Origin: Octopus vulgaris
Taxonomy: Eukaryota
NCBI GenBank assembly: GCA_951406725.2
Contig: OX597815.1
Coordinates: forward strand, 136,400,001 to 136,464,000
Reading direction: 5' to 3'
Length of the DNA: 64,000 nt
Shown piece by piece: positions 54,558-64,000 of the stretch. The notes beneath the pieces are model-generated. The model did not search any database and was not told the DNA's origin. It worked only from the letters and a program-made list of their open reading frames with translations. How positions within the stretch are numbered: the stretch's first letter is position 1; every line of letters starts with the position of its first letter. The position numbers and the translations under genes were made by a program.

Positions 54558-55660
54558 GGACTGCAAAAATACCTACTTCAGAAGGAAGGAAAACTGATCC
54601 AGATAGCAGCAAAACACGAGCAAAACAAAAAACTGTTCTCAGTATTTAAGGAAGCTGACAAATACAAACAAGAAACCATACCACCTAATAAACACAAAGA
54701 AGAAGAAGAAGATGATGAAGAAACAACAAAAGCTATAAAACAAATGAAATCCAAACAAAAAATAGAACAGCAACGAGCCATGATAAAACGATGGCAAGAA
54801 AAGCCCCTTCATGGTAAATACTGCACTAAACTAAACGCAAAAGAAATAGACAAAGAAAAATCCCAGCAATGGTTGAGAAACTCAGGACTCAAAGCAGAAA
54901 CAGAGGGATTTTTAATTGCAGCACAAGACCAAAGCCTCCCCACCAGAAATTACCAAAAACATGTAATGAAAAGAAATATTACAAGTAACTGAAGAATATG
55001 TGGAGATGGACAAGAAACAATAAATCATATTATCTCTAGCTGCCCAGTCCTGGCTAAGAAGGAATATATTCACAGACATGACAGAGTTGGAACCTACATA
55101 CATTGGAAGCTATGCCAACATTATGGAATAACAACAGGAAAAAGATGGTATAGGCACACACCAGAAAAGGTCACAGAAAACGAGAAAGCAACCATACTCT
55201 GGGATATGCCGATACACACAGATAGAGAAATTAAGGCCAACAGACCAGATATAGTTGTCAGAGATCATGAAGAAAAAAATGCTTTCTAATTGATGTATCA
55301 ATACCGGCAGATGACAACGTGTCTCTAAAAGAAATGGAGAAACTCTCAAAATACAAAGACCTGGAAATAGAGATAACTAGAATGTGGAACCTGAAAACAG
55401 AAACAATTCCTATCATAGTAGGTGCATTAGGCATGATAAAAAAAAATATTCAGACAAATACATAACAAAAACACCAGGACTTACAAACACATATAACATA
55501 CAGAAAATTGCACTACTAGGCACTGCACACATCCTACGCAGAACACTTTCCATTAAATAACAATCAGAGCATCACAACAAATCACAGCACATACCCAAGG
55601 CACACAGAGCTGCGCTCGGTAGTGAAGTGAAAGCACGCTATAAAAATAAAACTACTGAAC
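54558..55660 (+). mobile_element. 5'-truncated R4/Dong-like LINE with (TAA)n on both sides (54497-54557, 55661-55718)
   Basis: RWQEKPLHGKY, GLKAETEGFLIAAQDQ, ETINHIISSC..RHDRVG, NRPDIVV, IDVSIP, KLSKY. Confidence 0.92.
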
Positions 55661-55718
<58 letters not shown>

Positions 55719-56098
55719 GGGAATATAAATCCAAACTTACTGGGAAAAAATCAATTTAGTATTAAAAACAATTTCACAATATAAATATATAATACATAAA
55801 TTAGAGAAAAACCACTATTATGCAATTCAAACAATGATAGACATAAAGCAAATTATAAACGAAAAATAAAATATATTTCTTAAAACATATAACTAGATCA
55901 CAAAAAGTACAAAAATGAATAAACAATATATGTTTTTTTTGCTTATTACTTATTATATACTTATTATATATTGTTTATTCATTTTTGTAATTTTTAGTAA
56001 TCTAGTTATATGTTTCAAAAGATATTTTTTATTTTTTATTTATGATTTGCTTTATGTCTATCATTGTTTGCATTGCATAATAATGTTTTTCTCTAATT

Positions 56099-56103
<5 letters not shown>
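55719..56103. repeat. Fold-back insert (arms ~55793-55930 and ~55967-56103) ending in (TA)n
   Basis: caaacaatgatagacataaagcaaat pairs with atttgctttatgtctatcattgtttg. Confidence 0.8.
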
Positions 56104-56152
<49 letters not shown>

Positions 56153-56242
56153 TTCATCAAAATTTAGATTAGAATGAATATGGTACTGAAGTTAGATGCA
56201 CCAGAATTTTGTATGGTGTTATCCATATAAATCTATGGGGTG

Positions 56243-56318
56243 GTTATAATCAAAATAAGCAACAAGAATAACTTCCAAATTACCGAAGTTTTTCTTGTTG
56301 CTTATTTTGATTACAACT
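56243..56318. repeat. Near-perfect ~33-bp hairpin abutting (TA)n
   Basis: taatcaaaataagcaacaagaa.aacttc / gaagtt.ttcttgttgcttattttgatta. Confidence 0.85.
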
Positions 56319-56337
56319 ATATATATATATATATATT

Positions 56338-56560
56338 AGGAGCAGACCCCCTTCGGTCATGAATGACCATGGGATTGCACCTAGAAAGTTACCCTCCGAG
56401 GCACAAGTCAGGGCAAGATTGTTTGTCGCCCATGCATAACCAGCCTCCCCTCTCCACACCACTGATGTTATCCAAGGGAAAGGCAAAGGCCGATGCAGCT
56501 TGACACCAGTGATGTCACAACTCATTTCAACAGATGAGTTAACTGGAGCAACGTGAAATG
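56338..56560 (-). mobile_element. SINE fragment (central core + 3' part)
   Basis: Minus strand catttcacgttgctccag..aatgagttg matches core at 41165-41185; ends cccatggtcattcatgaccgaagggg. Confidence 0.65.
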
Positions 56561-56765
56561 ACCGTTAAACAAAGGGAAATTACTGTGTGATTGACCGTTA
56601 AGACAAAAGCTATTTGAATGACCGCTAAGTCAGGGTAGGGAGTAAAAGTAAGGGGGTAAAAGCGGAGCCTAAGCTGATTTTCCAGATGAGCCATCTCTCC
56701 ATATCACAAAGACCGCATTTGCACTTCGTTGGTGTGGGGCTTACACTTGGCTAAGGTCTAAGATC

Positions 56766-56830
<65 letters not shown>

Positions 56831-57239
56831 AACATATATATATATTGGCGAATGGAGTGGGTGAGAATGTGTACGTTTCAAGTAAGGGTGCTTGAGTGTA
56901 TACTTATAGGCGCATGTAGGTGGATGTGCGGGCGTTGCATATGTAGGTACGGACATGCGCGCTTACGCGATTATTATGAATATTTTTACCCCCTTACTTT
57001 TACTCCCTCCCCTCCGTAGCGGTCATTCAAATAGCTCTTTTGTCTTAATAACGGTCAACCACACAGTAACTTCCCGTTGTTTAACGATCATTTTCATAGC
57101 ATTTTTTTCGATGGCCGGATAACTGAAGAGATGGCGGTGTGGATTTCCACCCCGACATCCGAAACTCCGAGTTTTATCATGGCTACCGAATAAATATTTC
57201 TATTTACATAATATCGAGGTCTCTTTCATTCTTTTCTAT

Positions 57240-57245
<6 letters not shown>
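56556..57245 (+). mobile_element. Penelope pLTR-type insert with inverted arms (56556-56661 / 56983-57094) and hammerhead
   Basis: gctatttgaatgaccgcta..gggagtaaaagtaagggggtaaaa is mirrored at 56983-57035; hammerhead downstream; (TA)n terminus. Confidence 0.75.
57113..57184 (+). ncRNA. Minimal type I hammerhead ribozyme
   Basis: gataa CUGAAGA gaug..cauc c GAAA cuc c gag UU uuauc: 5-bp stem I, extended stem II, palindromic stem III, GUU triplet (cut after 57173). Confidence 0.75.
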
Positions 57246-57306
<61 letters not shown>

Positions 57307-57728
57307 TGTCTCTACGTTTGAATTTGTCCCACCACCCTTGATAATTGTCGTTGGATTGTTTATATCCCCGCCCAACGTCGCAGTTCGGCAGCAAGTGAGA
57401 AATACAAAATAGGAACCGGGCTTGAAAGTAATACAAAATAGGTGCCAAGCTCATAATGAAAATAAATACTGGGAGCCGATTTATTCGACTAATGACTTCA
57501 AACTAATGCACTAAAATGCCCAAAATCCAGGGACTGATACAAGTAAAAACAACATACACACACAGAGACACATACGCACAAAAACACACTCATACGCATA
57601 CACACACGCACACACACTGACTGACAGATACAGAGAGACAGACAGACAGATACATAGACAGATGGACAGGAAGACATACCGACAGACAGGTAGACAGACA
57701 GAGCGATAGATAGATTGATCTATCGATC

Positions 57729-57802
<74 letters not shown>

Positions 57803-58579
57803 AGGATGTATTGGACTGTTAGATAGATACTTTATACGCTTTTTGATGTATAAATGCGTGCAAACATTCATACATGCATACATATAAATGTTTGTGAGTG
57901 TGTATGTGTGCATGTATGTGTTTATGTATACACCGATGTATCATGATTTCTTACTTTTTACTCCATGTGATTTTCGCATTTAAGCCGATATACAGAGTCC
58001 AGTTTATCTTAGAAGAATGTAGTTAATCTAGAATCAGAGATAGTATGGCAAGGAAAGTAGCCAAATATAAACGAATGGAGAGAAAGATAGATAGAGAGGG
58101 AGAGGGAGAGAATATTATCGAGGCAGAGAGAGAGAGAAGGGAGGATGAGAAGGTAGAGAGAACAAGTTTCTACAGAGAAAAAAGATTTAAATATGGAGAG
58201 TAAGTAGTAGGTGGAGTCAAGTATTCTCTATTTTGAAACAGTTTGTACGTGTGTCTGTTTCATGGGACCCCATACTTTTGAACAGTATTGTAGTTGCATG
58301 CCTCACTAAATAGATGCTTGCTTTTGCGCCCATCTATATGTCTGTTCATCTGCATGCCTGCCTGTCTTCATGCAAATATCGACCGCTTTCTTTTCTGCTC
58401 TCTCCGCCCATATTTCATTCATCATTCCTTTTTCTTTCCTTCCTCCCCTCTTTCATTTAAACATTCAATCATTCTTTCCTTCGTTATTTGTTCATAAAAT
58501 TCTCTTCAAAAGTTGACTCTTATCGGATTTCTTTTCTTTTTTCTTTTTAGCTCTTAACGCTTCATCGTTGATAGATCCA

Positions 58580-58594
58580 ATAATAATAATAATA

Positions 58595-58660
<66 letters not shown>

Positions 58661-58674
58661 TTAATAATAATAAT
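58580..58674 (+). repeat. (TAA)n microsatellite
   Basis: Direct reading. Confidence 0.95.
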
Positions 58675-59825
58675 CAGTTATCGTCATTGTTATTGTTATT
58701 ATTTTGTTGGCTACAATTTCCTTAAATACCGGTCATAGTAAAATTTTAAAATGTAGATCTTTTGTGGCGGTGCAATGAATGAAAATGGCGAAGCGTAGTA
58801 AACGTACTATAAAAATAATAAACAATAATATTTAGCGTATGTGTGTATGTGTGCAAATGGAGAAAAATGATTAGGGCTGGGATATTTAGATGCAGAAAAT
58901 TGCGAATTTATTATTTTCTGGCAAATATGATGACATACACAGATTCTTTCGGGTGAATAAAAATAAGTTCTTAACTTGCAATCAAAGGCTGAACATTATG
59001 TCAGAGGATGAAAATAGCCGGGATGTCCTACGATATAACAATCACGCCTTACTGCAATGTGAAGTTATATTTCTTCTTTCCGTAAAAGAAGTGAAACTGA
59101 GAGCATTTTATAAGATTACAAGGCGTACGTTCTCAACGCTGCTATCACAGTGACACGAAGAAATATTTCATAGTTCGGCACAAGAACTTGCATTTGTGAG
59201 AGGAGAATGTGCAGACGTTTGAATCGATTCTACTCTTTTAGTTTATTGACCAACATATTTGAAATGCGACGGAATAGATTACATATACTTATACATTCGC
59301 TCGGTCCTCTTCATAAATCCAAGAGGACAGCCTCAAAAATAACGAACTATGTTAATAATACGGATGAAGATGCTTCTCAAGACGGAAATAATGATTAAGA
59401 TAAGAATGTTGATGACAATGATGATTTTCGAGTAACAAACGTGGATTGTGCATATCGTAGAGAATCGACCCAGAGAAGTATGAGGCTTTATTTAAAAGAT
59501 ATTGGTTCAAACATCAAATCTGACACACACCCTCGTATTATCAGAATTTTGAAGCCAGAAAACCAAAGTTTTGAAGCTTTTATAACATTAATTAACATAC
59601 AACAAAGCACAATATGTGACAAATATCAATATTTTCAATATTATTAATCATATAAACAACTAGGAAAACAAACACTAATAACTCCAACACCAACTGCAAC
59701 GTGTAACAAGTAAACACGAAATTATAAAACCAGTCCACGTACTTTGAACACGTGTGTGTTGTTTATGAATGTGTTGTTTGTGCGTGTGCGAGTATGTATG
59801 TGTGGGTGGGAGGGGTACTAGAAAG

Positions 59826-59856
<31 letters not shown>

Positions 59857-60038
59857 CGAACAGGAGGGATTGTAGAGACAGAGAGAGCGTTTGTATGCGT
59901 GTGATCGGATTGGGCGATAGTCTGTTTGAGAAATAAACGTTAACTTGGAAGTCAAGAGAATTTGTCAAGAGCTGCTACGAATCTAATTACGCTGAATTAA
60001 TATTGGAATATTGAAGAGAGCAAATAAAAGGAGAGAAA

Positions 60039-60040
<2 letters not shown>

Positions 60041-60069
<29 letters not shown>

Positions 60070-60111
60070 TGTATGTATGTATGTATGTATGTATGTATGT
60101 ATGTATGTATG

Positions 60112-60154
<43 letters not shown>

Positions 60155-60160
60155 GTATGT
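60041..60160. repeat. (TATG)n(TATC)n compound microsatellite
   Basis: Direct reading. Confidence 0.95.
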
Positions 60161-60395
60161 GTGAGATTTAAGTAAAGCAAAACGTTGCTAAGCTTGCGAC
60201 TTAAACATTAAGCACACAGAAAACTTAAATGAAATTTAAAATAATACAGCGGCACTCAAATAAATTTTGTGAACCATTTCATGATATATCAATATCTTCA
60301 TCTATCTATCTATGTGTATGTATATATATATATATATATATATACATATATATATGTATATATATAGATCTATCTATCTATAGTGTATATATGTA

Positions 60396-60447
<52 letters not shown>

Positions 60448-60547
60448 TATGTATATAAATAAATAAATAAATATATATATATATATATATAAAACGTCTA
60501 TATATCTATAGCTACCTAAATATCTGTCAACCTACCTATCTATCTGC

Positions 60548-60648
<101 letters not shown>

Positions 60649-62862
60649 TATACATATATGTTATGTATATGTATCCATAATACATGTATATATGTGCGAG
60701 TATACCTGTGAGTCTGCATGCATTTATTTACATACTTATTCATGTATATTTCGTTGCATAACAAGCATCATAGATATTCCTTTTTGGTATCAACGAATTA
60801 ATTGCAATTGTTTGTTGTTTATCATACAAAAACTTAACGTTCTGACTGTACAATGACAAGGCCTAAATATATGCTAAGTCAAATAAGGCTGCACATTACT
60901 TTTTATACGCACATATTGAAAAAGAAATAAACACACAAACATACAAAACACATACCACCCTAAAGCACATATCTTATCTTCATACGTCCTTTTTTTATTG
61001 TAGATCAGCAGAGCAACGATATATTTGCAAGTTATTTGACAGAATATTCTTGCTATATCAATACAGCAAGAAATACAGAAATTTATAGTCATCAGATATG
61101 CAATGACAGTTACAGTTTTGTATTTGTAATACTGTATTTTTCTTCTTTGCACATGGTAGTCAAAATTAGGTTGATATCCAAGTTAGAAGTTGAAACGTGT
61201 AGTTCAGAGTGCCGTATCCACCCTAGTGCTTGGTAAGTTTAGGTTTTTATTCGTCACATAATAATGGAAAATAAAGTGAAATCTGACAAGATTCGACCCC
61301 ACATAAAGTGTCACGTAACAAATTACTGCAAGGAATTCTGTACTATTTTACCCAATCCGAAAGGTGCAAAGGTATAATAATAACAACAATAATAATGCCT
61401 GTAGAAAAACTCAGAAAGGTGGATTTCTAAGCATACCTTTCGTGATACCCTTAAAGCCAGGAACTTTTCAGCACCCATCCTCATATATATATATATACAA
61501 ATGGATGTAGATAGGTGTGTGTATGTATATACAGAGAGATAGATATATAGTTATATACATATCCATTTATGCATGTAATGTGTGTGAATATAAGTGTATA
61601 TGTGCATGTATAGATTTTATATGTTATGTATATTTAAATACATACTAATTCATATATATGAGGTTCCTACCTATAAATTCATTAATGCATACACACACAC
61701 ACATATATATATATACACATACACACGCGCATATATATATATGTATATGTACAAAAACACTCTCTTACACACACACACATAAATTCCATTTATGGACGCA
61801 TTGCATATTTATCTTTTCTGATTATTTTCTTTATATAACCCTAACTAGTTTCTAATTATCTATGTAGCACACCCGATAAATAAATATTTCGCTTAAAAGA
61901 TTGAAACTGGGCCTCATGAGACATATATATACCTATCCAACACAATTTTCTGTGCACGCAGGCGTAAGCATTTATGTATGCCTGCATAACCAACTACGAG
62001 CAAACATTTACAAGGCCTTGCTACACAAACATGCATGTATACTCCAAAGCTAATGAAAACCGCTGTATTGCACACTTTTATGGGGAACCGTCGTCTTTCA
62101 ATATTCATGCATACTTTCTAACATTACCATAAATATATTCGTCAAAAATATAATGCAAAGATTTCCCATAGGATCTCCCAATAAACACGGTGTACTTTAA
62201 GTAATATATTCATATGCATGCAAGACTTAGCTTGTGCATACAAAAACTTCTTTGGACGCCTACTAGCACATGTATGATATTGGTTGAACACAAGCATGTA
62301 CTTTTGTCATTGCTCGATATATAAATAACTGCAAATAGGCATGACAATAAAACAGGCACGTTAAAACACATACAGGCACACACAGAGATACATACACACA
62401 CATACACACAGACAAATGTACGTATATATAAAAATATATATAAATGTATAAATATATATATATACATATATATAGATATAGATAGATAAATATTTATATA
62501 ACTGCATATATACTTATATACAAACGTATCAATCACACACAAGTGCATATACACATATATATGTATATATATGAGTGTATGTGTCTACTTGGAGATTGAA
62601 CCTTAGCTATTTGTCAATTGAAATCTACAGATTCTAGACGTTGCCTTCTTATTCTTCTGGATGCTATTGTATTGACATGCACTAAAAATAATTTAAACTT
62701 TGGAATATCATACGCTGTTTCGGATATTATATCATAGGATTACCAGAAACCGTGAGTAAAGTTAGATTATACATACACACATATATATGTATAAATGTAT
62801 ACATCCATTACTTTATAATTATCCGTATCTCAATCACTCTATCTCGTCCCATCTGTCAGTGT

Positions 62863-62864
<2 letters not shown>

Positions 62865-62954
<90 letters not shown>

Positions 62955-63029
62955 ATATCTATCTATCTATCGATCGATCGATCGATCTATGTATCTATCT
63001 ATCTATCTATTGATCTGTCTGTATGGATG

Positions 63030-63062
<33 letters not shown>

Positions 63063-63120
63063 CTCTGTCTGTCTGTCTGTCTGTGTGTATGTATGTATGT
63101 ATGTATGTATGTACGTATGT
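62865..63120. repeat. (TATC)n/(TATG)n/(TGTC)n compound microsatellite
   Basis: Direct reading. Confidence 0.95.
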
Positions 63121-63393
63121 TTTCTATCTATCAAACTGTCTGTCTATATCGTCATCTCTGCCCTCTGAATATATATGTGAATATGTGTATGAGCGTGTAT
63201 CTATGTATATATACAATGCATATGCCCTGTGTACATATACATTGCATATACACTGTAGAATTTTTGAAAACAGCAATACAATGTGTCAACAGTTTTGGAG
63301 TACCCTCTTGACATTTTACATTATTTATATATGTATATAGAAAGGAATATATAGATATTCTAATACTTATATGTATGTGTATATGTATATATT

Positions 63394-63430
<37 letters not shown>

Positions 63431-63676
63431 ATGTGTGTGTGTGTTTTATACACACATCTGTCTATCTACCCATCAATTGCTTTCTCGCTCTCTCAGTCTA
63501 ACTATAATTCTCTTTCTTTCTGCATATATATATACACAAACATTCACATACACACATATACATACATAGATATTTATATACAAATGTATATGTACATACA
63601 TACACAAAAAGCACAGATACATACATACATGCATACATACATACATACATACATACATACATACATGCATACATAC

Positions 63677-63729
<53 letters not shown>

Positions 63730-63731
<2 letters not shown>

Positions 63732-63880
63732 GTGCGGTAACAAGCTTGCTTCCCAACACATGGTTCTAGGTTCATTGGGTATCTTCTACTATACATTGGT
63801 ACATTGGGTATCTTCTACTATAGGTTTGGGCGGACTAAAGCCTTGTGAGTGAATTTGGCAGACGGAAACATGAAGATCGT

Positions 63881-63932
<52 letters not shown>

Positions 63933-64000
63933 ACGTGATTACCCCCAACTCCTGCCATCTCTTGACAACCGATGCCGGTGTGTTTATATCACCGTGACTT
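63730..64000 (+). mobile_element. tRNA-derived SINE with internal (TA)n; runs off window end
   Basis: ggtaacaagcttgcttcccaacacatggttctaggttca..tcttctactatag..aaagccttgtgagtg..gacggaaac..(TA)n..cttgacaaccgatgccggtgtgttta. Confidence 0.75.

Noticed and set aside
58880-59400. Faint mariner-like words (EDENSR, SAQELA)
   Set aside because: Too little similarity to call without a search

Overview
Eukaryotic, AT-rich, microsatellite-dense DNA with no recognisable host protein-coding exons; the SINE/LINE/microsatellite landscape resembles an octopod cephalopod genome (inference). Most ORF-track entries are microsatellite or antisense artefacts, and all convincing coding signal comes from transposons: many R4/Dong-like RLE LINE fragments chained in (TAA)n, a near full-length Tx1/L1 LINE inside (GATA)n, two RTE and two CR1/L2-group LINEs, a Hero-like fragment, two Penelope GIY-YIG remnants, mariner remnants and tRNA-derived SINEs. 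The standout is a non-coding array of ~360-bp units at 18402-19720 (about 2.2 direct plus 1.5 inverted copies, in (TA)n). Each unit carries a type I hammerhead-like motif with a non-canonical CCGACGA core on a very long stem I, and the inversion junction lies 4 nt from the predicted GUC cleavage site, making it a retrozyme-like (possibly circular RNA) retroelement. A near-canonical hammerhead at 57113-57184 and several inverted-repeat inserts in (TA)n point to a wider Penelope/hammerhead system.
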